DNA from: an uncultured Actinomycetes bacterium
GTDB taxonomy: Bacteria; Actinomycetota; UBA4738; JBBDTT01
NCBI GenBank assembly: GCA_963742735.1
Contig: CAVUMN010000003.1
Coordinates: 898,623 to 962,622 of the forward strand
DNA: 64,000 bases
Direction of reading: 5' to 3'
The notes under the pieces were generated by a model. The model worked only from the letters and a program-made list of their open reading frames with translations. It had not been told where the DNA came from and did no database searches. Shown one piece after another: positions 38,337 through 47,233 of this stretch (position 1 is its first letter; each line of letters starts with the position of its first letter). The translations under genes were made by a program, and so were the position numbers.

Positions 38337-39251
38337 ATGCGGGGGGGAAGGCCGCTCGAGACGACCGTGCGCCCGGCGCTGCCGGTGTCGCTCTCCCTGA
38401 CGATCGGCCCGCACCGTCGCGGCCGCGGCGACCCGTCGTGGCACGTCGCGAGCGGGATCTGGTGGCACGCGCGGCGGACCCTGGACGGTCCGGCCACGGT
38501 TCGCTACGGCCCGGTGACGGCGAGTGGCATCCCCGTCGCGGCCTGGGGACCGGGCGCCGAGCGAGCCATCGCCGACGCCCCCGCGGTCCTGGGGACCCGC
38601 GACTCGCTCGAGGGCTTCGCCCCGGCCAAGGGCCTGGTCGCCGAGCTGCACCGGACGTTTCCCGGCCTGCGCGTGGGGCGCACCGGGGCCGCGTTCGCCT
38701 CGCTCCTGCCGACCATCGTCGAGCAGAAGGTGGCGAGCGCCGAGGCCCACCGGTCGTACCGGCGGATGGTCCACGCCCTCGGGGAGCCCGGCCCCGGCCC
38801 GCAGCGGCTGACCCTGCAGCCCGCCCCCGAGGTGCTGGCCCGGACACCGGGCTGGGCCTATCACCCGTTCGGCCTCGAGGTCCGCCGCGCCGGCGTCATT
38901 CGATTCGCGGCGTCGCGCGTCAACCGCATCGAGGAGGTCGCGGAGATGGCGCCCGAGGACGCCCGCCGGCGGCTGCTCGCGTTCCCGGGCGTGGGGCCGT
39001 GGTCGGCGGCCGAGGTCGCCCTGACCGCGCTCGGTGACCCCGACGCCGTCTCCGTGGGCGACTATCACCTGCCCCACCTGGTGTCGTGGGCGCTGGCCGG
39101 GGAGGCCAGGGGTACGGACGAACGGATGCTCGAGCTGCTGGCGCCCTACGGCGGGCACCGGGGGCGGGTCCTCAGGCTGCTCGAGGCCGCCGGGCTCGGG
39201 GCACCCAGGTTCGGGCCGCGGATGGCCCTGCGCGACATCGCCCGGCTCTAG
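38337..39251 (+). CDS. DNA-3-methyladenine glycosylase II / AlkA-like HhH-GPD protein
   Basis: IVEQKV...EA, helix-hairpin-helix FPGVGPWSAAEV, GDPDAVSVGDYHLP, MLELLAPY.GHRGRV. Confidence 0.88.
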   Translation: MRGGRPLETTVRPALPVSLSLTIGPHRRGRGDPSWHVASGIWWHARRTLDGPATVRYGPVTASGIPVAAWGPGAERAIADAPAVLGTRDSLEGFAPAKGLVAELHRTFPGLRVGRTGAAFASLLPTIVEQKVASAEAHRSYRRMVHALGEPGPGPQRLTLQPAPEVLARTPGWAYHPFGLEVRRAGVIRFAASRVNRIEEVAEMAPEDARRRLLAFPGVGPWSAAEVALTALGDPDAVSVGDYHLPHLVSWALAGEARGTDERMLELLAPYGGHRGRVLRLLEAAGLGAPRFGPRMALRDIARL

Positions 39252-39283
39252 CGCCGGCAGGTCCAGGACGACCTTGGAAAGAA

Positions 39284-39315
39284 CGAGGGCCCGCCGCCGA
39301 AGCGACGGGCCCTCG
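39284..39315 (-). terminator. intrinsic terminator hairpin
   Basis: CGAGGGCCCG...CGGGCCCTCG 10-bp stem followed by TTCTTTCC on the minus strand, just downstream of the 39333 stop. Confidence 0.7.
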
Positions 39316-39332
39316 ATCGGTGTCTGCAGGCG

Positions 39333-41900
39333 CTACATCGCCAGCTTCCAGACGCCGCGGCCGTGGGTCGCCGCGACGAGGTTGTTCGTGCCCTCCTGGA
39401 CGGTGATGTCCAGGACGCTCGCGGCGGGAAGCCCGGTGCCGAGCTTCTTCCACGAGTTTCCGCTCACCCACTGGAACACGCCCACGTCGGTCGCGACGAT
39501 GACCTTGCCGTTGTGCAGGACCACGTCGTTCGCGGGTGCGTCAGGCAGGTCGCCCGAGATGTCGGTGAAGCGCTCACCGGCGTCGAACGACTCGAACACG
39601 TGCCCGATGCCCGCGTCCGGGATCCACCGGCGGGCGAAGGCCGACAGCGTGATGTACACGTGCTTCGGGTTCGTTGGGTCGGCGACCACCGAGGTGATGT
39701 ATCGGTTGGGCACGCCCTTGACTCCGACCTGGTGCCACGACCCCCCGACGTTCGTCGCCAGCCCCCGCTGGAACGGGGTGCCGGGCGTGAACTGGTTCGG
39801 GTTGCACGGGCCGCACCAGGCCGCGTAGATGTCGTCGCCGTCCACCCACACGTTCGTGGCCTGATGCCCGCTGCCCACGTTGTACAGGTTCACCCAGTCC
39901 GTGGAGACGGTCTCCACGCCCTTGGTGGTCTCCCAGATGATCTGTCCGCCGGCGACCACGTGGTCCTCGTCGAGCCGGTCCATCTCGAACGGCGCGATGA
40001 ACCTGGGGAACGGGTCGGCCGGCGCGTTGACGGTCCACGTCCGGCCCCCGTCGCTGGAGACCTGCGTGGTCAGGAAGACGTACGAGCTCCACATGTCCGA
40101 GGAGTCGTGCGGTTCGATCGCCGTGTCGGCCCCGTCACCACCGGTCACCAACGGCCAGCGCCGGCTTCCGTCGAACTTGCCGGTGCCGTTGTCCTGCATG
40201 CCGCACAGGGCGGTGCCGTCTGCCGACATGTCCGCGAAGTAGCACTGCGCGGTGTTGATGGTGTCGTTCAGGTTGACCCAGTCGTCGTTGTTGAACGTCG
40301 GGCCCTGCTGCTTCCACATGCCGCCGTCGTTGCCGGCCAGCAGCCAGCCGTTCGGCATGAACGACGCGTCGTGCTGGTCGGGGTGCGTGGTCTTCGGATC
40401 ACTCGCCGTCCCCGGACCCGAGTTGCACCAGGGCGACTCTGGCCACGGTGGGTTGGCGAAGCAGAAGTTCCAGTACCGGCCGATCGCGTCCCAGTTCTGG
40501 CCGCCGTCGAGGGACTGCCAGATCTCCTCCAGCCCCATGATCAGGTGGTTCGGGTTGGCCGGATTGATGATCAGGTACTGGTTGTACCAGGCCTGCACGC
40601 CCGGGCCGAAGCCCGGCCCGATCTTGTCCGGATCCATGGCCGTGCCCGGGTCGCTCGCCAGCTCCTGCGCGTCGACGACCTTGGTCCACGGCCCGTCGAT
40701 CCCGCCGGTGGACTTGTGCACGCCGTTCAGCACGGTGCCCTGGAAGCCGGTTCCCACGTTGAAGAACTCGGCGTCCTGGATCAGCGCGTAGAGGACGTTC
40801 GGCTGGGACGGGTTCACCGCCAGGGTCGTCCGGCCCAGGCGCTCGTTGGCCGGGTAGCCGGTCGGCTTGAACCGGCGCCACGTGGCCCCGTTGTCCTCCG
40901 ACTCGTAGATGCCGTTGGTCGGGGCGCCTCCGCGCCAGCCGACCGCGGCCACCACGCGGAACCCGTTGTCCCGCCAGACGACGTCGGAGATGAAGCTCTG
41001 GAAGAGCTCCGGGTCGCCCGGGACCAGGACCGCGGTCCAGCTCGATCCGCCGTTGTTCGAGCGGAACAGGCCCTTGTTCGTGGCCACCAGGACCAGATTG
41101 CCGTTGTTCTTGGTGATGATCTTGAAGACGGTCTTCAGGTCGAACAGCGTGCCGCCGACCTTGGCCCACGAGGTGCCGCCGTTGGTGGTCTTGAACACGC
41201 CCATGCCGTAGTACGCGTCCTGGCTCGTGGCCGCCTCACCGGTGCCCGCGTAGAGCACCTGGGGGTTCGTGGGGGCGATCTCGATGTCGCCGATGGCCTG
41301 TGTGGGAAGGCCGTCGCTGGTCGGCTTCCAGGTGGTGCCACCGTTGGTGGTCTTCCAGACCCCGCCGTCCGCGGCGCCCATGTACGCGATCAGGTTGTTG
41401 GTCGGGTGCGTCACCACGGTGGTCACCCGGCCGGAGTCGATCCCCCACCCGGCCCCGAAGTTGTTCACCACGGGGTCCTGGTAGGTGGGGTCCTCGGAGT
41501 TGATCGGCTGCGGTCCCAGGCTGGCCCACGTGCCGGCGGGGATCGTGCCGCGGAGCTTCGCCTGGTTCACGGCCGCGGCGTACGCGCCGGCCGGGACCCG
41601 CTTGCTGGGGGCGGAACGCGGCCCGTAGAAGTACTCCTCGTAGCCGTTGAGGTGCTCCATGATGCTCTCGGGGTGTCCGCGCGTGAGCTCGTAGATCCGC
41701 TCGCAGGCGGCGGGGTTGTGGGTGGCCTTGCACTCCAGTGAGTCGAGGCTCGCCTTGAGGTCTCGGATGTTCAGCTCCGCCTGCCCCGGGGCCTGGGCCG
41801 GAGACAGCAGTGAGACCCCGCTGCCGGTGGTGGCCATGGCCGCCAGGAAAAGGAGTGCCACTCCGAGTGCCGGGATGAAGCCGAAACGACGGTCGCGCAT
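39333..41900 (-). CDS. secreted BNR/Asp-box repeat beta-propeller protein (VPS10/GH74-like)
   Basis: AAGGAGG RBS and signal peptide; repeated KTTNGGTTW/RSNNGGSSW/SEDNGATW/SLDGGQNW/SSDGGRTW; SGRVT, THPDQH, GMQDNGT, GGDG, AATHGRGVW. Confidence 0.85.
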   Translation of the reverse strand: MRDRRFGFIPALGVALLFLAAMATTGSGVSLLSPAQAPGQAELNIRDLKASLDSLECKATHNPAACERIYELTRGHPESIMEHLNGYEEYFYGPRSAPSKRVPAGAYAAAVNQAKLRGTIPAGTWASLGPQPINSEDPTYQDPVVNNFGAGWGIDSGRVTTVVTHPTNNLIAYMGAADGGVWKTTNGGTTWKPTSDGLPTQAIGDIEIAPTNPQVLYAGTGEAATSQDAYYGMGVFKTTNGGTSWAKVGGTLFDLKTVFKIITKNNGNLVLVATNKGLFRSNNGGSSWTAVLVPGDPELFQSFISDVVWRDNGFRVVAAVGWRGGAPTNGIYESEDNGATWRRFKPTGYPANERLGRTTLAVNPSQPNVLYALIQDAEFFNVGTGFQGTVLNGVHKSTGGIDGPWTKVVDAQELASDPGTAMDPDKIGPGFGPGVQAWYNQYLIINPANPNHLIMGLEEIWQSLDGGQNWDAIGRYWNFCFANPPWPESPWCNSGPGTASDPKTTHPDQHDASFMPNGWLLAGNDGGMWKQQGPTFNNDDWVNLNDTINTAQCYFADMSADGTALCGMQDNGTGKFDGSRRWPLVTGGDGADTAIEPHDSSDMWSSYVFLTTQVSSDGGRTWTVNAPADPFPRFIAPFEMDRLDEDHVVAGGQIIWETTKGVETVSTDWVNLYNVGSGHQATNVWVDGDDIYAAWCGPCNPNQFTPGTPFQRGLATNVGGSWHQVGVKGVPNRYITSVVADPTNPKHVYITLSAFARRWIPDAGIGHVFESFDAGERFTDISGDLPDAPANDVVLHNGKVIVATDVGVFQWVSGNSWKKLGTGLPAASVLDITVQEGTNNLVAATHGRGVWKLAM

Positions 41901-42234
41901 TCCGCAACACCCTCCTTGGTGCTCGCCCGATCGGTCCGCGCGACAGTACGGGTGAGCGCACCCCCGGTCAATAGCCATTTGCCCTCAATTCGGTCAGCGG
42001 TCCTCGCCTTGCCTGGTAGCCGGGTCGTCGGGCATAGTTGTCGCCTCCTACCGGGGAAGGGTGGAGCACTGGCGGGTACCGGGGAACGACCCGAATCGGG
42101 CGGCGCGCCCACGCGCGCGGATGACCTCACCTGTTTGGAAGGCATCGAGCTCGGCCACTTGTCCTTCCCCCCCGGACGAGATCGGACCCCCGTAGATCGA
42201 GAGCCTCCCTGACCCCCTGGAAGGGAGACCTCAG

Positions 42235-44073
42235 ATGGCCACGCTGATCGGCTTTGGGCCTGACCCGGCCCAGAGTCACGCCCCCCGGCCCGCGCCCGCG
42301 CGTGGCCGAACCCTTCGTCTCGCCGCGTGTGCCGTCGCGCTGCTCCTGCTGCTCCCGGCCGGCGGCGTTCTTCGCGATCCCCTCACCGCGAGCCCAGCCG
42401 TCGCGACCGCCGCGCTGGCCCAGATCCACGAGGGCGCCCTCAGCGGGGTGGCCATCGAACGCCGCGCTCGTCCGGCCCTGTACTCGGTAGTCGAGACGTT
42501 TCCCGAGCACCAGTCGGCGTTCGCGTTCATGCAGCAGGGCAACTGGACGTACCTGGCGACGACCTACCAGAACGTCCTGAGGGCCTCCGATGTCGACATC
42601 ACCCACGATTTCCCGAAGGCGACGCACACGACCTTCGGCGGCGCCCGGGTCGATCCTTCCTTCCCCGTCCACCAGGTGATCCTGGTCCGCCACGGCTCGG
42701 TCACGTACCGGGCCCAGGTCATCGCGGCCGAGCTCCTACGCGACGTGGCCGTCGTCCGCATCCACGGCCGCCACCCGGTGATCGCCGCCGAGTGCGTCGG
42801 GGTGGACTCGCCGCGCCTCGGCGACCGGACCTTCCTGTTCAGCGCGGGCCCGGGCCCGAGCGCCCTCGAGCCGACCCGCCGATTCGGCCGGATCACGTCG
42901 CTGGTTGCGCCCGAGCAGATCCACACCCAGACCAGGTTTCCCCGCCACGGTGAGGGCGGTCTGCTGGTGAACATCCGGGGCAACGCGATCGGCATCGGCG
43001 GCCGCCCGGTGACGGCGTTCAACCTCACCGGCGGCCACGTCGAGTTCGTGAACTCCACCGACCTCAACGTGGCCTTCGAGCTCATCGGGCAGCCGAACGA
43101 GTGCGAGGAGGAGGGCGAGTTGCCGGCGGCGCTCGACGTCGAGACCCTTCCGACGGCCGACCCGATCGCTCGGTGGAGGGTGGCCGAGCTCGCCCTCCCC
43201 GCCGTGATGAGCCTGGAGACCGTGCAGGACAACGGCCTGGTCACCGGCACCGGCTTCGGGGTGCACACGGACGGGATCTCCACCTGGCTGGCCACCAACC
43301 ACCACGTGTTGGGCGACGGCCGGTTCCTGACCGACCCGGCCCTCACGGTCCGCGACGGCGACATCTCCCATATCGCCGAGATCGTGGTGTCTTCAAAGGG
43401 CAACGACGTGGCGCTGGTACGCGTCGACGGGGTCCTGCCGACGCTTTCCATCGGGTGTGAGCGCCCCACCAGCGGGACTCCGGTCGTGGCGATCGGCTCC
43501 CCCGGCGACACGCATTCCCTGGACAGCCTGCTGCAGGTGAGAGCGGACTACTTCGAGCGGTTCGACGAGGACATCATCCCGATCTTCTTGCTGCGCATGC
43601 TCGCGGGCATCCCGGTGGGGTTCTCCCCGTGGCACAACCAGGGGGTCAGCCAGCAGACCGGCATCCCCGAGGTCCACGGCGACGGCCTGCCACGGTGGCC
43701 GCGATACCCGTACCTGGAGGACACGGCCACGTGGGGACGGGTGCTCTCGTCCAGGTTCAAGGACATCAAGCACACGGCCAGGATCTTCCACGGGAACTCC
43801 GGAGGCCCGTTGCTGAACCTGAAGGGCGAGGTCGTCGGCCTCAACAACCGGTTCGACCGCGGGGGCGGCCGGCACGCGGTGAACGTCCGGCGCTTGGTGG
43901 AGCTCTTCGACGAGGCCGGCATCCCCAACCCGTGCGAGGGCGTGCCGGAGGCACCCACTCCGGGCGGCGGCGGAGGCCCGGCCCCGGAGCCGATCCCCAC
44001 GCCGTCGGTGTCCCTGCCGCCGGCGCCGCCGACCCTGCAACCGTCGCCGACGACGGCGCCCGAGGGAACGTAG
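42235..44073 (+). CDS. secreted protein with tandem trypsin-like domains (degenerate N-terminal, intact C-terminal)
   Basis: Domain 2 has TNHHV, DVALV and GNSGGPL. Domain 1 has TTYQNV, DVAVV and GEGGLL. Pro-rich tail. Confidence 0.78.
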   Translation: MATLIGFGPDPAQSHAPRPAPARGRTLRLAACAVALLLLLPAGGVLRDPLTASPAVATAALAQIHEGALSGVAIERRARPALYSVVETFPEHQSAFAFMQQGNWTYLATTYQNVLRASDVDITHDFPKATHTTFGGARVDPSFPVHQVILVRHGSVTYRAQVIAAELLRDVAVVRIHGRHPVIAAECVGVDSPRLGDRTFLFSAGPGPSALEPTRRFGRITSLVAPEQIHTQTRFPRHGEGGLLVNIRGNAIGIGGRPVTAFNLTGGHVEFVNSTDLNVAFELIGQPNECEEEGELPAALDVETLPTADPIARWRVAELALPAVMSLETVQDNGLVTGTGFGVHTDGISTWLATNHHVLGDGRFLTDPALTVRDGDISHIAEIVVSSKGNDVALVRVDGVLPTLSIGCERPTSGTPVVAIGSPGDTHSLDSLLQVRADYFERFDEDIIPIFLLRMLAGIPVGFSPWHNQGVSQQTGIPEVHGDGLPRWPRYPYLEDTATWGRVLSSRFKDIKHTARIFHGNSGGPLLNLKGEVVGLNNRFDRGGGRHAVNVRRLVELFDEAGIPNPCEGVPEAPTPGGGGGPAPEPIPTPSVSLPPAPPTLQPSPTTAPEGT

Positions 44074-44081
44074 CCGACGGG

Positions 44082-44375
44082 GTGACCGAGCCGAGCGGCG
44101 GGCGGGAGCGGCTGGCGGAGCTTCTGCACGAGGCGGCGGAGACGCACCACGTTGTCTACCGGATCACGGACGGTGAGGATCCGGACTGGGCGTCGTGGTA
44201 CGCGGACTGGCTCGTGAACCTGAGTGAGCTGCCGGAGATCCTCGGGTCGAAGCCGGTGCGCAGCGAGCTGGTGTGGATGCTCGTCTGGCTCGACAAGGAG
44301 TTCACCTCGAAGCAGCCCGGCGGCCGGTGGGAGGACCACTACGCCGCCGCGCTGCTCGGGCACTTCTCCGGCTGA
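44082..44375 (+). CDS. small conserved-looking hypothetical protein
   Basis: LAELLHEAAETHHVVYRITDGEDPDWASWYADWL...PVRSELVWML...WEDHYA; GTG start 8 nt after the upstream stop. Confidence 0.72.
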   Translation: MTEPSGGRERLAELLHEAAETHHVVYRITDGEDPDWASWYADWLVNLSELPEILGSKPVRSELVWMLVWLDKEFTSKQPGGRWEDHYAAALLGHFSG

Positions 44376-44376
44376 G

Positions 44377-45282
44377 CTAGCTGGCGCGCTTCTCCTCGAA
44401 CCGCGAGGCGGCCAGGTCGAGCTGTCCCAGGAACGCGAGGATCTCGTCGCGGGCCTGCTCGGCCTCTTCGCTCAGCCCCTGGAGCTCCGCCAGCCCCCAG
44501 TGCTTCATGAGGACCGGGAGCAGCACCTGGTCGCGGTGGATGCGCAGGTCGTAGATCCCGGCGCTGGCGATGCTGATGGCCTTCTCGCGGAAGCCGGGCA
44601 GCTCCAGCCCCGGCATCGAGAACCCCAGCACCTGGCGCTTGATGGCCATCACCACCGCCGAGGGATCGATCTCGAGCGCGTTGGAGACCATGTTTCGATA
44701 GAAGACGTAGTGCAGGTTCTCGTCGGTGGCGATGCGGGCGGTGAGCTTCTCGATGAGGGGATCGCCGGTGATCTCGCCGGTGTTGCGATGCGCGATCCGG
44801 GTCGCGAGCTCCTGGAAGGTGACGTACACGAGGACGTCGGCGGCGCTCTCGTCGTCCCGGTAGTAGCCGCGGCTCACGTGGTCCATGCGCCCGCGCTCCA
44901 ACATGGTGGGGTCCAGACCCCGGGTCACGGTGAGGTAGTCGCGAAGCACGATCGAGTGGCGCCCCTCCTCGGCGGTCCACCGCCGGCTCCACTCCGCCCA
45001 CGGACCCTCGGGCCCGAACGTCCGGTACAGGGCCAGGTGGTAGTAGGGCAGGTTGTCCTCCGTGAGCAGGTTGAGCTCCAGGGCGGTCTGGGCGATCTGG
45101 TCGAGCGGGCTGTCCGAGGAGACCCAGGGCTCCTCGACGTAGTTCCGCCCGACCTCGTACGGGACGTACTCGTGGGGGAACCACTCGGTGGCGACGTCCA
45201 GGTGGCGGGCCATCGCGCGCTCGACGGCGGGCTCGAGCTCGGCCAGCAGGTTCCGATCGGTGACGGTCGTGGTGGCGTTCAT
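44377..45282 (-). CDS. desA: acyl-ACP desaturase (DesA-type di-iron enzyme)
   Basis: EWFPHEYVP, NLLTEDNLPYYH, WTAEEGRH, YVTFQELATRIAHRNTG, IATDENLH, F.MPG, GIYDLRIH. Confidence 0.92.
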   Translation of the reverse strand: MNATTTVTDRNLLAELEPAVERAMARHLDVATEWFPHEYVPYEVGRNYVEEPWVSSDSPLDQIAQTALELNLLTEDNLPYYHLALYRTFGPEGPWAEWSRRWTAEEGRHSIVLRDYLTVTRGLDPTMLERGRMDHVSRGYYRDDESAADVLVYVTFQELATRIAHRNTGEITGDPLIEKLTARIATDENLHYVFYRNMVSNALEIDPSAVVMAIKRQVLGFSMPGLELPGFREKAISIASAGIYDLRIHRDQVLLPVLMKHWGLAELQGLSEEAEQARDEILAFLGQLDLAASRFEEKRAS

Positions 45283-45320
45283 CGGGGGGAGTCTCCTTCC
45301 GGTCGGGTTGCGCTTTTTGG

Positions 45321-45364
45321 TTACGCGTCCGTAGCTTACGTGAACGTAGGTTACGGCGGCGTAA
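45321..45364. promoter_or_regulatory. three phased palindromic operators TTACG-N4-CGTAR
   Basis: TTACG begins at 45321, 45336 and 45351 (15-bp period), each followed after 4 nt by CGTAG, CGTAG or CGTAA. Lies between divergent desA and tetR. Confidence 0.8.
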
Positions 45365-45377
45365 GATAAACGTCAAC

Positions 45378-46013
45378 ATGCCAGATCAGGAAGCTCCCAA
45401 GCGCCTCACCGGCTCCGCCCGGCGAGCCCAGCTCATCGAGGTCGGCAGGAGCGTCTTCGCCGAGCGGGGCTACGACGCCGCGAGCATCGAGGAGATCGCC
45501 GCCCGGGCGAAGGTCTCGAAGCCGATCGTGTACGGGCACTTCGGCGGCAAGGAGGGCCTGTACGCCGTCGTGGTCGACCGGGAGACCGAGCGCCTGGTCG
45601 GGGCGATCACCGAGGCCATCTCCTCCGGCACCCCGCGCGAGCGCCTGGAGGGCGCGGCCCTGTCGTTCCTCATCTACGTGAAGGAGAACCCCGAGGGGTT
45701 CGCGGTCCTGTCCCGCGACGCTCCCCCGGACCCGGGGAGCACCGGCGGCAGCGTGATGTCCGGGCTGCTCAACGAGGTCGCCGAGCGCGTCTCGAACGTC
45801 TTCCAGGACGAGTTCAAGAAGGCCGGCTACGACCCGAAGACCGGCGCGATCCACGCCCACGCTCTGGTGGGGATGGTCACCTTCGTCGGTCAGTGGTGGA
45901 CGAAGAAGCGGAAGCCTTCGGTGGAGATCGTGGCCAGCAACATCGCCGCGCTCGCGTGGATGGGGCTCCGGCACCTGCCGAAGGAACCGACGCTGACGAT
46001 CTCGTCCGACTAG
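45378..46013 (+). CDS. TetR family regulator (Rv1019-like)
   Basis: RLTGSARRAQLIEVGRSVFAERGY..ASIEEIAARAKVSKPIVY.HFGGKEGLYAVVVDRE; AW.GLRHL. Confidence 0.92.
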   Translation: MPDQEAPKRLTGSARRAQLIEVGRSVFAERGYDAASIEEIAARAKVSKPIVYGHFGGKEGLYAVVVDRETERLVGAITEAISSGTPRERLEGAALSFLIYVKENPEGFAVLSRDAPPDPGSTGGSVMSGLLNEVAERVSNVFQDEFKKAGYDPKTGAIHAHALVGMVTFVGQWWTKKRKPSVEIVASNIAALAWMGLRHLPKEPTLTISSD

Positions 46014-46378
46014 GGGATCGCCGGCTGGCCCATCGCGGCCAGCAGGTCGTTCACCTCGGTCCGGCCCATCTTGCGGGGCACGATCGCCTTGGCGCCACCG
46101 GACTCGACGGTGATCTCCTTGGGCAGGATGAACAGGCTCATGGCCCGGGCGAAGCCGTTGGCGAACACCCAGGCCTCCAGGTGCATCTGGTCGCTGCCCT
46201 GGGTGAGCTCGACCTTGCGCTGCGCCACCATCAACCCGGTGCCCTTGTTGTAGAGGCGGTGGCCGGCCTCCTGAGCGACGACCTTGTATCCCTGGCGCGC
46301 GGCCCACCCGTCCACGGCCGGCCACGGATCCCCCATCACCGCAAAGTCCCGAACCGCCCGTGCAGCTGCTTTGGCCAT
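46010..46378 (-). CDS. hypothetical protein
   Basis: GGGGGAAG upstream of ATG; plausible globular sequence (WAARQGY...RLYNKGTG...HLEAWV...EVNDLL). Confidence 0.7.
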   Translation of the reverse strand: MAKAAARAVRDFAVMGDPWPAVDGWAARQGYKVVAQEAGHRLYNKGTGLMVAQRKVELTQGSDQMHLEAWVFANGFARAMSLFILPKEITVESGGAKAIVPRKMGRTEVNDLLAAMGQPAIP

Positions 46379-46489
46379 GGCGTCTTCCCCCCTCGGTGAA
46401 CGAGGCAAGCCTGGCGCGCTCGATCACCGCGCGTCAAGGCACCTTGCACCGCCCGGCGAGTTGGGCAAAGACGCGAAAGAATGATTTAG

Positions 46490-47001
46490 GTGGGACTGGA
46501 TCGGGCGCGCATCCGCCATATCTGGTTGGTGGCTGCCGTGGCCCCGCTTCTTGGGGCGGCAGGTCTCGTCTTCGGCCGGGCTCGGTTCCCGAATTCGTTC
46601 CTCCTGGTCGGTGCCGTGGTGTCGGTTGTGGCGCTGGCCGGGAGCTGGCTCTATCTGCGGCGGCGGTACGGGGCGCTCGCCGCGGCAACCGTCGCGGGGA
46701 GCGAGGGGGTTGGCCATGGCCCGCGTTCCCTGCGCGACCGGCTCGTGCTCGCCTTTTCAAGCACGACCCGGCCAACCTCACGCTCGATGATCGCCGCCCT
46801 GCGGCGTATTCCGCGGAGGTGGAGCGAGTCATCGCGGAACTTCCGGGTCTGAAGTCGGAGGCGCAGGTCCGCCAGCTGATCTACGGGCTCCTCGTGGCCG
46901 GGTTCAATCCCGCGGCCGACCCGTTCGACGATTCGCTCTACGCTCTCGCCGCCGAGGTCTGGCTGGTCTGGTCCGAGTGGTCCAAGACGAACGCGCCCTG
47001 A
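46490..47001 (+). CDS. hypothetical membrane protein, probably one gene with an indel near 46755 (C-terminal DUF1871-like domain)
   Basis: Two TM segments in ORF 46490..46852 up to RDRLVLA; another frame continues FKHDPANL...YSAEVERVIAELP...* at a T-run. Confidence 0.45.
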
Positions 47002-47097
47002 CTCGTGAACCGGATTCGACTGCTACCTGCGTGACGCTGGCGGGATGCGGTGTCGGCGACCGCTCTCATGCATAGGCCCGTTCACCTGCGGTTCCGA

Positions 47098-47185
47098 TGG
47101 TGTCGGAGGGGGGATTTGAACCCCCACCCGGTTGCCCGGACCAGGCCCTCAACCTGGCGCGTCTACCATGTTCCGCCACTCCGAC
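47098..47185 (-). tRNA. tRNA-Leu (anticodon GAG)
   Basis: Minus strand GTCGGAG...GGTAGACGCG CCAGG TT GAG GG CCTGG, long variable arm, GGTTCAAATCC, CTCCGAC A CCA. Confidence 0.96.
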
Positions 47186-47233
47186 GTGGCCACCCGGAGG
47201 TGGTCGATCGATTCTACGGGCACAATTAGAGGC

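Noticed and set aside
42060-42230. GGTACCGGGGAAC...CCGAATC upstream of the protease resembling a ydaO c-di-AMP riboswitch
   Set aside because: The conserved 3' elements (CCCGTCAGCTAAC-like) are missing and the motif order does not fit.
45321-45364. Repeat-spacer pattern as a mini-CRISPR
   Set aside because: The 15-bp period and 4-nt spacers are far too short and no cas genes are present. It fits an operator array.
47051-47072. TGTCGG near the tRNA 3' end, and TGTCGG on the minus strand near 38280, as PafBC sites
   Set aside because: Neither has a TANNNT at the required 10-nt spacing.
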